Positions 26,444-34,595 of a stretch of 42,718 bases of DNA are shown here, piece by piece; the first letter of the stretch is position 1; each line of letters starts with the position of its first letter. The stretch spans positions 1-42,718 of the IMG/VR virus record IMGVR_UViG_3300049982_000230. One strand, written 5' to 3'. The DNA comes from a virus. Lineage: Duplodnaviria; Caudoviricetes. The notes beneath the pieces are model-generated. The model saw only the letters and a program-made list of their open reading frames with translations. It was not told the origin of the DNA and searched no databases. A program made the position numbers and the translations under genes.

Positions 26444-27139
26444 TCAGCGCCGGCCTGCGGCGCGACGGATGGCGGCGTCCATGTCGCTGGAGCTGCCGCC
26501 GCCGAGGCCCTGGGGGCCGCGGGGCACGTGGGGACCGCGGGGGCGCTCGCCGCCCGCGGCGAAGACGTCGTCGCCGTAGACCTTGGCCGCGGCCTTCAGG
26601 GCCGCTTCGAGGTTGGTCGGCTCGTCGTCGTCGTCGAACTCGACGGTGTCGAGCAGCTTGGCCGCGGCCTTCGCGCGGCCGCCGGTCAGGCCGTGATCGG
26701 CGAGGCCGAGGATGACGTTGGCGGTGCGGAGCTTCTGTGTCCCCGTCTCGCCGCGCTTGGTGCCTTCCTCGGCGTCCTTCTTGAGCTTGTCGGCCTCGCT
26801 GAGGCCCTGCTCCTCGAGCTTCTTGAGCTTGGCCTCGGTGTCGCGGAGCTTCTTGCGCGTCGCGGCGTTCTCGCCGCGCAGACCCTTGACGTAGTCGGCG
26901 TCGAACTTGCCGTCCTTGGGATCGCCGCTCGCGCCGGCACCCTCGCCGCCGCCTTCGCCGCCTTCGTCGCCCGAGCCCGCGCCGCCTTCGCCGCCGGCCC
27001 CTTCGCCGCCCGCCTCGCCCTCGCAGAGCGGGACGCCGCTCAGGTGCAGGGCCGCGTCGATCGCGGGCCAGGACGGACGCATAAGCTCGGCGAGCTCCAG
27101 CGCGTCGGGATGGATCGTGTTGCTGTCCACCAGGGACAT
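26444..27139 (-). CDS. Capsid scaffolding protein
   Basis: Gly/Glu linker, FDADYVKGLRGENAATR, coiled coil, DMDAAIRRAAGR end. Confidence 0.85.
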   Translation of the reverse strand: MSLVDSNTIHPDALELAELMRPSWPAIDAALHLSGVPLCEGEAGGEGAGGEGGAGSGDEGGEGGGEGAGASGDPKDGKFDADYVKGLRGENAATRKKLRDTEAKLKKLEEQGLSEADKLKKDAEEGTKRGETGTQKLRTANVILGLADHGLTGGRAKAAAKLLDTVEFDDDDEPTNLEAALKAAAKVYGDDVFAAGGERPRGPHVPRGPQGLGGGSSSDMDAAIRRAAGRR

Positions 27140-27143
27140 GGGG

Positions 27144-27158
27144 CACCCTCCTGGGGTG
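27144..27158 (-). promoter_or_regulatory. SD-sequestering hairpin CACCC-CAGGA-GGGTG
   Basis: 5-bp stem, shared loop. Confidence 0.55.
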
Positions 27159-27199
27159 GGTCTGTGAGGCGGCCGGTCGGGATGGCCAGGCCGTGCGGG

Positions 27200-28066
27200 T
27201 CAGGCGGCCTGCGCCTGAAGGGCGACCAGCGGCGTCTCGGCGAGCGCCACGTTGGTCTGGCCGAGACGCTCCGTCGCGATCTGCGCCAGGTCGGCGAAGT
27301 CGATGCGGCCGTCTCGGATGAGCTGCGCCTTGGCCGCGCCGCCGCGGCCGTGGAAGGTCGCGTCCTGCTCGGCGGGGGTCTTGGCGGCGAAGATCTCGTG
27401 CCCGCGGGGGCGTCCCCAGTCCTGGTCGTTGACGTGCAGGACCACGGGCTCGGCGATGCAGCGGTCGCGGGTGTGGACGACCATGTCCTCCTCGGCGGGA
27501 TGCACCGATCCGTCCATGAGCGCCAGGCAGGCGCCGCAGGCGCCCGGCTCGGCGACGCGGCGCCAGCCGAGCACATCGGGGAGCTGCGCCATCCGCGCCC
27601 GGGCAGCGTCGCGCCAGGCACCGACGGCGGCGTCGTGAGCGACGCGCGCGGCCTCGACCGCGAGGGCCTGGCGCCGGAAGGCCTCGACGCGGTCGTTGCT
27701 GAGCGCGATGCCGTGGCGGCGGGCGAAGGCTCGGGCCGCGACCCGGCTGCGGCCCTCGGACTCGGCGAGCCGGCTCGCGATCGGCACGACGAACTCGTCG
27801 CGCGTCAACGGCGCCGGCGCGGGGATCCGTGGCGGCCCGGTGGGCGCCAGCGCGACGATCGCATCGACGTACGCCGTGGCGGCGCGCGTGGCCAGGTTCG
27901 CGGCACCGGAGCGCCACAGCGCCGAGGCGACCCACCACCGAGGCTCGAGGCCGCCGTCGCTGCGGGCGACCTTGACGCCGGTCCGGATCGCGGCGACGGC
28001 CTGGCGCTCCAGCTCGACGTGCGCCTCGTCGGTGACGCTACGCGCCCGCTGCGGCTGCGGCTGCAT
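27200..28066 (-). CDS. MuF-like minor head protein (start uncertain)
   Basis: WRRVAEPGACGAC...HTRDRC motif; follows portal. Confidence 0.75.
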   Translation of the reverse strand: MQPQPQRARSVTDEAHVELERQAVAAIRTGVKVARSDGGLEPRWWVASALWRSGAANLATRAATAYVDAIVALAPTGPPRIPAPAPLTRDEFVVPIASRLAESEGRSRVAARAFARRHGIALSNDRVEAFRRQALAVEAARVAHDAAVGAWRDAARARMAQLPDVLGWRRVAEPGACGACLALMDGSVHPAEEDMVVHTRDRCIAEPVVLHVNDQDWGRPRGHEIFAAKTPAEQDATFHGRGGAAKAQLIRDGRIDFADLAQIATERLGQTNVALAETPLVALQAQAA

Positions 28067-29585
28067 CTGGCGGCGGCGGTTCGGGCGGCAGGCCGCTGGC
28101 ACCGGAGATGCCCAGGCGCAGGCCGTCGAGCTGCGCCTCCTCCTGCGCCCAGCGCCGCCAGCGCTTGATGGTCTGCGGCGACCGGCCGTCCAGCTCCCAG
28201 AGCGCCCGCTGGGGCACGCCGATCGTCTTGAGCTTGACCAGCGCGTCGACGCGCTGGGCCTCGGAGGTGGTCTCCGGGTCGGCCCACATCGTCTCGGCGC
28301 CCCATGCCTCGGCGCGCTTGATGTCGCCCTTGATGAGGAACGCGATCCGCAGCGCCTCTTCCCACGTCTCGCCGGCGAACCGCATGGCGCGGCGCGTGCG
28401 GGCGACGAGGCCGTCCTGGGACGCGATCAGGGCGTCGGCCGAGACGTTGATGAGCTTCGCGAGCAGGTAGTGCGGCGGGGTGCGCGTCAGCGCGGCGAAG
28501 TGCTGGGTCAGCAGCTCGATGCCGTTGACGTAGGACGACAGGTCGGAGGTCTGCAGCTCCTGGATCGACGGCGTGACCTGCTTGCCTTCGTCGTCGACTG
28601 CGGCCTCCAGGCCGATCCACCGGTTGACGCCGCCGATGATGCTCTTGTCGGGCTGGCCGTCGGCGCCGACGGGGATCTCGACGCCGATGAGCACGCGCTG
28701 GCGGTAGGAGGTGAACTCCGAGGCGACCAGCATGTCGGCCATCAGCTTGTTGATGGCGTCGTTCAGCGGGACGCCGGCCTCGAAGGCGCTGGTCCCTCGC
28801 CCGTAGATGTCGGGGTCGTTGAGGAACTCCAGGATCGGCACGAGGCCGAGCTGGTTCGGGGTGGCGGCGGTCACGGCCCAGCGTTGCGGGCTCGTGCCCT
28901 TGCCGCCGGCCATCTCCCAGACCATCTCGGGGGTGAACAGCAGCGCCTGCCAGCTCCCGTCGAGCTCGCGCCAGCGCTTGAACCCGGCGACCCGCTTCCG
29001 GCGGTTGGCCGGGTCGTGCAGCACGATCGTCTGGAGCGGGTCCTCGACGGTGATCGTCGGCTCGCCGGTGTCCTCGTCGGGCCAGACCAGCGTGTAGCTG
29101 TAGCCCGTGGAGAGCATCTCGGTGTGCGCGAGGTCGGAGTCCAGGTCGAGCCGGTTGCGCTGCCAGATCTCCCACGCGGCCTCGTCGGCATCGGCGGTCT
29201 CGACGTCGGCCGCCGCGGCGTCGGGCGTCGCGGGATCCGCCGCCGGGTCGAGCTTCGGGGCCCCCAGCACGTCGTCGGCCATCCCGAACCGGAAGCCATG
29301 GATCGCCATGCGCTCGATCGCGGCGTCGACCACGATGCGACACCAGTTGTCGACGACCATGCCGAAGTCGCGACCAAACGTCTCGCGCCACTTCTTGGTG
29401 GCGAACGACATCGGGTGCTTGCCGTCGCGGTAGTTGCGCAGCGCGATGATCAGCGGCGCGCGGTCGTCCAGGGCCTTGGTCAGCCGGCCTGCCAGTTCGA
29501 GCGCGCGTGCCTCGGCGGCCTCATCCGGCGGGGGGTCGAAGACGATGGGGGCGTCGTCGACCGCGGGTTTTGCGAGCAGGGTCAT
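28038..29585 (-). CDS. Portal protein (SPP1 gp6-like)
   Basis: NWCRIVVDA..ERM, IWQRNRLD, TPPHYL..NVSADAL, WADPET. Confidence 0.9.
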   Translation of the reverse strand: MTLLAKPAVDDAPIVFDPPPDEAAEARALELAGRLTKALDDRAPLIIALRNYRDGKHPMSFATKKWRETFGRDFGMVVDNWCRIVVDAAIERMAIHGFRFGMADDVLGAPKLDPAADPATPDAAAADVETADADEAAWEIWQRNRLDLDSDLAHTEMLSTGYSYTLVWPDEDTGEPTITVEDPLQTIVLHDPANRRKRVAGFKRWRELDGSWQALLFTPEMVWEMAGGKGTSPQRWAVTAATPNQLGLVPILEFLNDPDIYGRGTSAFEAGVPLNDAINKLMADMLVASEFTSYRQRVLIGVEIPVGADGQPDKSIIGGVNRWIGLEAAVDDEGKQVTPSIQELQTSDLSSYVNGIELLTQHFAALTRTPPHYLLAKLINVSADALIASQDGLVARTRRAMRFAGETWEEALRIAFLIKGDIKRAEAWGAETMWADPETTSEAQRVDALVKLKTIGVPQRALWELDGRSPQTIKRWRRWAQEEAQLDGLRLGISGASGLPPEPPPPDAAAAAAGA

Positions 29586-29596
29586 GGGCGGACTCC

Positions 29597-31276
29597 TCAG
29601 TCGAGCGCGACCATGCGGCCGGCGCGGCGCTTATGTCGCCGCCGCGCGCGCTCCCACAGGCCCTCGGTGTGTGCATCGACGGCGGCCTGGTGCGCGAGGG
29701 TCGCGGCCGGGGCGGCGTCGATCTTGCGAGGCGAGCCCTTGCGGTCCTTGGTCAGGACGTAGAGCTCGCGGTTGCCGGCGCGCATCGCGTGCACGGCGGT
29801 GACGCCCGTGACGTACTTCTTCTGGGCGTTGCGGAAGTGGTCGCGCATCAGGTCGCCGAAGTCCCCTGACGCCTGCGCGCGGGCGCGGCCGGTCTGGATC
29901 GAGCCGGTGAACCCGCCGACCGCGTCGGCCATGCGCCGCTCGCCCTGGGTCGGGAAGCGCTTCCAGATCCCCGGCCAGCGACCGGCCCACTGGCCGAGCT
30001 CGGTCTCCCAGTAGGGCGGGTCGCCGAGCGCGCGGACGATGATGAACTCCTCGTGCGCGGCCTCGACCGCCTCGTGGACCTCGTCCTCGGGGACCTCCCA
30101 GGACTGCGAGCCGTCGTGCTGCCAGATCTTCAGCGGGATGATCCGGAAGTCCTCGGTGCAGCCGATCAGCGCGGTCGCGTCGAACTCGCGCGAGCCGTCG
30201 AAGCCCAGCGCCATCGGCTCGCCCGGGGTCGTGGTGACGCCGGGGTCGAAGAGGGCGGCCAGCTCGCCGCCGGTCAGCCACGCGTTGGCGCCCGATGTCG
30301 ACTGGTTGAGCCAGTAGCGCCGGAAGTCCGATTCGCTGGCGGTGGGGTCCTGCGCGTCGCTGGCGATCAGTTCGAGGTCCATGACCTCGGCGAAGGGGCC
30401 GTAGACCTCGCGCAGCGCCGGGATGACCTCGTCGGCGTTGCGGATGTCCTTGACCGGCGGCGCCTCGCGGTGGTTGTAGAGCAGGCCGGCCTTGGCCTGG
30501 GCCTCCGGGGTCTTCAGCGTCGCGGCGTACTCCGCGGCGCGCTCGGCGATCGAGTCCATGCCGGGCCGGAAGGCCGTCGTGGTCTCCAGCATCCACGGCT
30601 CGGCGTCCTTGAGCTTGCGCAGGTTGCGCGAGACGACCGCGTGCATGTCGCGGAGCTCTTCGATCTCGGCGAGGTGGGTCTCGTCGTCGACCGCGAAGGT
30701 CTCCTTGCCGCCGTCCTTCGAGGCGCCCGAAGCGGTCGATGGCCGGATCTCACCGCCGCCCGGCAGGAAGATGCGTGTCCGGCCGATGTCGTCGCCGGAG
30801 AACCCGTACGCATCGACGACGTCGTCGCCGGCGAGCATCACCCGGACGTTGTCGTAGGTGTTGCCCGCCTGGGTCGCCTCGGTCGCCAGGCACCGGATGA
30901 ACGGCGACGCCAGCGGCGCGCCGACGGGCTCGCCGGGCTCGTACTCGTAGCCCCACCACGACGTCTCGCCCTCTTCGGCCCAGTGGTCGAACCGGCAATC
31001 GCCGATCGCCTCGAAACAGACGATCTCGCCCGCGATCTCGGACTTCGACCGACCCTTCGGCCGGCTCAGGATGGCGCGCCGGTACACGCGCCGCCCGGCC
31101 CGCGCATGCCCCTTCGGGAAGAGGCGGTAGCAGTCGCAGATGAACCCGACGATCTCGTCGTCGAGGACGATCTCCTCGCCGATGACCGTGCCGGGGCCGT
31201 GTCGGAGGAACTTCTCGATCCAGGCGACCGCGGCCCACCCCAGCGTGGGGTAGTCCCCGAGCGCCGGGAGGGTCAC
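29597..31276 (-). CDS. terL: Terminase large subunit
   Basis: Walker A SRPKGRSKS, Walker B FAVDDETH, nuclease LGFDGS..DATA, KIDAA. Confidence 0.92.
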   Translation of the reverse strand: MTLPALGDYPTLGWAAVAWIEKFLRHGPGTVIGEEIVLDDEIVGFICDCYRLFPKGHARAGRRVYRRAILSRPKGRSKSEIAGEIVCFEAIGDCRFDHWAEEGETSWWGYEYEPGEPVGAPLASPFIRCLATEATQAGNTYDNVRVMLAGDDVVDAYGFSGDDIGRTRIFLPGGGEIRPSTASGASKDGGKETFAVDDETHLAEIEELRDMHAVVSRNLRKLKDAEPWMLETTTAFRPGMDSIAERAAEYAATLKTPEAQAKAGLLYNHREAPPVKDIRNADEVIPALREVYGPFAEVMDLELIASDAQDPTASESDFRRYWLNQSTSGANAWLTGGELAALFDPGVTTTPGEPMALGFDGSREFDATALIGCTEDFRIIPLKIWQHDGSQSWEVPEDEVHEAVEAAHEEFIIVRALGDPPYWETELGQWAGRWPGIWKRFPTQGERRMADAVGGFTGSIQTGRARAQASGDFGDLMRDHFRNAQKKYVTGVTAVHAMRAGNRELYVLTKDRKGSPRKIDAAPAATLAHQAAVDAHTEGLWERARRRHKRRAGRMVALD

Positions 31277-31734
31277 GTCGCAGCTTTGATCCGAGCGCGC
31301 CGCTCACGCTGCTTGGCCATGTCGATCGGCTCGTCGTCGCCGGCGGGCTTGCCGTCGGCCTCGACCGCGGACTGCACCTGGACCTGCAACCGCTGCCGCG
31401 CGAGCGGGCTCGCGCCGAAGTTGTTCTCCAACTGGCGCAACTCGCCCTGCGCCTGGGCGCCGAGCTTGCCGAGCATCGCGAGCGAGTGCAGCGAGCAGAG
31501 CCGCGCGATCGGGTGGCGGTCCGAGTCGGTGTACAACACGCCGTAGTCGGTCCACAACGCGGTCCAATACTCGGTCGCGAGCTGGCGGCGGCGCTTGGTG
31601 AGCGTCGTCTCACCCGGCATAGGCGGGATCGGGACTACGCCCCGGGTGATCGTGCGCCACTGGCGCTGGCCGAGGTTGCGCCGCTGACGCGACGACGTGC
31701 CGTCCGCCTTGGGCGGCGCGGGCGTGGGAGCCAT
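31273..31734 (-). CDS. terS: Terminase small subunit
   Basis: PAPPK..RQRRN, YWTALW, ELRQLE..FGASPLARQRL; GTGA-coupled to terL. Confidence 0.85.
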   Translation of the reverse strand: MAPTPAPPKADGTSSRQRRNLGQRQWRTITRGVVPIPPMPGETTLTKRRRQLATEYWTALWTDYGVLYTDSDRHPIARLCSLHSLAMLGKLGAQAQGELRQLENNFGASPLARQRLQVQVQSAVEADGKPAGDDEPIDMAKQRERRARIKAAT

Positions 31735-31736
31735 GG

Positions 31737-31781
31737 TCGACCTCCTGGGTCAATCGGGCTATAGCCCGGCTCCAGGCCAGG
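31737..31781 (-). promoter_or_regulatory. Two GGA-loop hairpins in the terS leader (CTGGA loop 31765-31781; CAGGA loop over the SD 31737-31753)
   Basis: 6-bp stems, each with one G-U pair on the - strand; overlapping 14-bp palindrome CGGGCTATAGCCCG at 31755-31768. Confidence 0.55.
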
Positions 31782-31789
31782 GCTAGTTC

Positions 31790-32010
31790 ATGTCCATCAA
31801 GGCCATGTTGATTGCGTTGCCAGCACTGCTAGTTGATGGCATTGCCAATCGTGCAAGTTGGGGCACTACGGGGCCGAAATCGACCTTTTGATGCGTACAC
31901 ACCGCGAGGCACTACCCCGTGCGGTTCCTGTCCCCCTCTGGCCGAGGGGGTTCCCCCCCACTCCGGTAGGGAATGGGGGCTTCGGCATTCCCTACGGGCG
32001 CGGTAGGGAA
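31790..32010. other. Putative cos / packaging initiation region
   Basis: Largely non-coding, lower GC, between the HNH gene cluster and terS; G/C runs and inverted repeat CCCCCTC-N5-GAGGGGG (31932-31950). Confidence 0.55.
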
Positions 32011-32357
32011 CGGGCGCGCGGCGGAGCGGACGCGGGCCTCACGTAGGCCCGGGCCGTCGCCGTCGTGGCGAGGCGGCAGTCCTCGAAGCGCTGGCCACGC
32101 TTCGCCAGCGCTCGCCGCAGGAAGTCCTCGATGGGCGCGGCGTACCGGCCAAGCTCCCAGCCGGGCAGCAGCAGCACGTCGGTCGCGAGCGGCATCAGGC
32201 CGTGCGGGAAGATCGGGCTGCAGGTGGTGATGACGCGCGCGCCGAGGAACTCACCGTGCGTGCGCGCGTAGATCTGCGCCTGCTCGTGGCTGGGCGCGAC
32301 GACGACGAGCGGCCCGCGCCGCTCGGGCGGCTCGGTCCGCCGACGGAACCGGCGCAT
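31992..32357 (-). CDS. Hypothetical protein with LVVVAPSHEQA motif
   Basis: TGATG coupling; codon bias. Confidence 0.6.
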   Translation of the reverse strand: MRRFRRRTEPPERRGPLVVVAPSHEQAQIYARTHGEFLGARVITTCSPIFPHGLMPLATDVLLLPGWELGRYAAPIEDFLRRALAKRGQRFEDCRLATTATARAYVRPASAPPRARSLPRP

Positions 32358-32548
32358 CAGCCGGCCGTCCCTGGCGAGCTGGGGGTTCCGACCGGGCGTT
32401 CCGCGCCCGGCGGCGTCTTGACGATCAGCTCGCAGATCCCGTCTTCCGCGCGCTCCAAGCGGAGGAGGACGACGGGCTCGCTGTCGGTGTCGAGGAGTTG
32501 CTCGACCATCTCGCGCGAGACGCGCACGAGCTCGTGATCGGGCGTCAT
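32357..32548 (-). CDS. Hypothetical protein (63 aa)
   Basis: TGATG overlaps at both ends. Confidence 0.6.
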   Translation of the reverse strand: MTPDHELVRVSREMVEQLLDTDSEPVVLLRLERAEDGICELIVKTPPGAERPVGTPSSPGTAG

Positions 32549-32838
32549 CAGGCGGCCGCGTCCCGGGCGAGCTGGGTGACCGCGTCGATGGCGAGGCGGA
32601 CGGCGTCGAGGCGCTCGCCAGGCGCGTCGTAGGGCACCGTCGACTCGATCGCGCCGCCCTTGTGCTCGCGGGCGATGCGGATCGTGCGCTGCGTGACCGG
32701 CACCAGGCGCACGACCGCGAACTCGTGGTCGAGCATCGCCTGGAGGCGGTAGCCGAGGCGGCGGGCCTCGGCGATCTCGCTGCGGAAGATCTCGGCGAGC
32801 GGGACCTGGATGGCGGGGGATGCGGCGGCGGCGTTCAT
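32548..32838 (-). CDS. Hypothetical protein (96 aa)
   Basis: GAGGAGG SD; codon bias. Confidence 0.7.
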   Translation of the reverse strand: MNAAAASPAIQVPLAEIFRSEIAEARRLGYRLQAMLDHEFAVVRLVPVTQRTIRIAREHKGGAIESTVPYDAPGERLDAVRLAIDAVTQLARDAAA

Positions 32839-32849
32839 GGCAGGCCTCC

Positions 32850-33176
32850 TCAGTTGCGGGCGCCGGCGGCACGATCCGCGGCGCGATGGCAGGACGGGCA
32901 GAGCAGCAGGGCGTCAGGCTGGACGATCGCGCCGCCCTGGCTGATCGGCGTCGGGTGGTGCAGGTCGAGCTCGGGGTGCTTCTCGCCGCAGTCCTCGCAG
33001 CAGCCCTTGGTGCGGCGGATGGCGGCGGCGCGGGCCTTGCGGTGAGCCGAGTTGCCGGCCAGGGCGCGGCTGCTGGGGCTGCGGCGCTTCCACGGCCCGA
33101 CCTGGTGGGCCTGGCAGCGGTTGCGGTAGGTCGCGTCGGCCGGGCAGACGGCGCACTTGGTGGGCGCACGAGGCAT
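32850..33176 (-). CDS. Packaging-associated HNH endonuclease (HK97 gp74-like)
   Basis: CEDC..LHH..P.SQGG..LLCPSCH; upstream of cos/terS. Confidence 0.85.
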   Translation of the reverse strand: MPRAPTKCAVCPADATYRNRCQAHQVGPWKRRSPSSRALAGNSAHRKARAAAIRRTKGCCEDCGEKHPELDLHHPTPISQGGAIVQPDALLLCPSCHRAADRAAGARN

Positions 33177-33181
33177 GCGAG

Positions 33182-33323
33182 GCCTCCTGGGCGAAGTAGG
33201 GCCGGGCCCCGGGATCGGCCCGGGCACCCGGCTGGGGAAGGACGCGCGCCCTGGGAGGAACGGCGCGCGTCGCTGCATCGTCGATCGCGAATCAGCCGGC
33301 GTGCCTGCCAGGGGCGCCGGCTG
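33182..33323 (-). promoter_or_regulatory. Structured leader: three long hairpins plus a CAGGA hairpin over the HNH SD
   Basis: Stems at 33293-33323, 33241-33271, 33201-33232 and 33182-33192. Confidence 0.5.
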
Positions 33324-33329
33324 GCTGCC

Positions 33330-33485
33330 TCACGACGAAGATCGGTTCTCCCAGTGGCCGATCGGGCTGTTGAGCGTCGGCATCGGCTCGTGCGGCTGCT
33401 CAGCGGTCCCCGAGCAGGTATCCGCGGCGAAGACGACCGTGCCGCAGACCGGGCAGTAGCGGATCGTGAGCTCTGCGCTGCTCAT
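33330..33485 (-). CDS. 51-aa Cys/His zinc-finger-like protein (below ORF-track cutoff)
   Basis: MSSAELTIRYCPVCGTVVFAADTCSG..PH; codon bias; ATGA overlap. Confidence 0.55.
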   Translation of the reverse strand: MSSAELTIRYCPVCGTVVFAADTCSGTAEQPHEPMPTLNSPIGHWENRSSS

Positions 33486-33604
33486 GGGCGTGCGAGGGCT
33501 ACAGCTTCAGACGGCTCGTAGCGCGGTCCGCTATCGCGGGGCTGGCGTGCTCGCGCGGAAGTGTAGCGCTGGAGCGCGGCGGAACCTAGGCGCTGATGGC
33601 TCAT
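33482..33604 (-). CDS. Possible 40-aa peptide
   Basis: ATGA overlaps at both ends; weak codon bias. Confidence 0.35.
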   Translation of the reverse strand: MSHQRLGSAALQRYTSARARQPRDSGPRYEPSEAVALARP

Positions 33605-34179
33605 GCCTGATCGCCTTCGAGCATCCCGTCGAGACGGTCGAGGATCGCGAGCGCACGCTGACGGGCCTCCTCGCCGGCCTGTGGCGTCGTGCTGACGAAC
33701 GCCACCGAGTCGCCGGCTGCGATCGCCGCGGCAGCCATGATGTCGATGCACCGCCGGCGGTGTGCGCGGTGGCTCTGGCCCGAGCCCAGCAGCACGACCC
33801 GCTCGCCGCGGTACATGCGCTCCATGAAGTCGACCTGCCACGGCTCCAGCGCCATGCCGCCAATCTGCTCGTGGAGCTTCTCGACGAACTCGCGGATGTC
33901 GCCCATCCACGCACCACCGGCCTGGTCATCGCCCTCGGCGGGCGTCCCGTGGTCGCCCAGTTCGTACGGGCCGCCGCAGACGACATCCACGGTCGGCTCG
34001 GAGCCGAGGCCGCCGTCGAAGTTCATGGTGACCCGCAGGACCTCCCACTCGTCGGTCTCGTCGGGCAGCCTGATGAAGTCTCCACGCACAGGGGCGCGAG
34101 GGAACGGCGCGTCGCGGTACGGGTAGACGTCGCCGCCGTCCCACAGGCCAGCGCCGATGAACCGCAGCCGGACCTTCAT
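33601..34179 (-). CDS. Hypothetical protein; C-terminal half resembles a degenerate terminase ATPase N-terminus
   Basis: LEPWQ..RVVLL..VAFVSTT; ATGA coupling. Confidence 0.65.
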   Translation of the reverse strand: MKVRLRFIGAGLWDGGDVYPYRDAPFPRAPVRGDFIRLPDETDEWEVLRVTMNFDGGLGSEPTVDVVCGGPYELGDHGTPAEGDDQAGGAWMGDIREFVEKLHEQIGGMALEPWQVDFMERMYRGERVVLLGSGQSHRAHRRRCIDIMAAAAIAAGDSVAFVSTTPQAGEEARQRALAILDRLDGMLEGDQA

Positions 34180-34595
34180 GCGCCGGGCGCTCGGTGCTCG
34201 CCCTCGGTGGGCGGCGCTGGCACGTCGTACTCCTGGATCGACCACTCGCTGGCAATGCCGGCCCGCACGCCGTCCTCGGTCGGGGCTGGGCGCTGGGCAT
34301 AGCGAGCGGGCCGCGGCGGATCCTCGCCGACGACGTGCACCGAGACCGCAGGAAGCCCAGGCGCTGATCGGCTTTCCTCGGCCCGGCGGGCTTCAGCAGA
34401 GGCGTGGTGTTCGCGAGCGATCCTCACCGCGTCGGGGAGCAGCCGGTCGAGATGCTCGGCTAGCGCCTGCTCGGCCTGCGTCGTGTCCCAGAAGAACGCC
34501 CGCGACGGGACGTTCACGAACCCGTCGAGGTCCGTCGCCGGCGCCCACCCCCACGGCTCGCCCGTGTCCTGCCAGCAGATGGCGTAGAGCTTCAT
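34176..34595 (-). CDS. Hypothetical protein (139 aa)
   Basis: TGATG/ATGA coupling. Confidence 0.65.
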   Translation of the reverse strand: MKLYAICWQDTGEPWGWAPATDLDGFVNVPSRAFFWDTTQAEQALAEHLDRLLPDAVRIAREHHASAEARRAEESRSAPGLPAVSVHVVGEDPPRPARYAQRPAPTEDGVRAGIASEWSIQEYDVPAPPTEGEHRAPGA

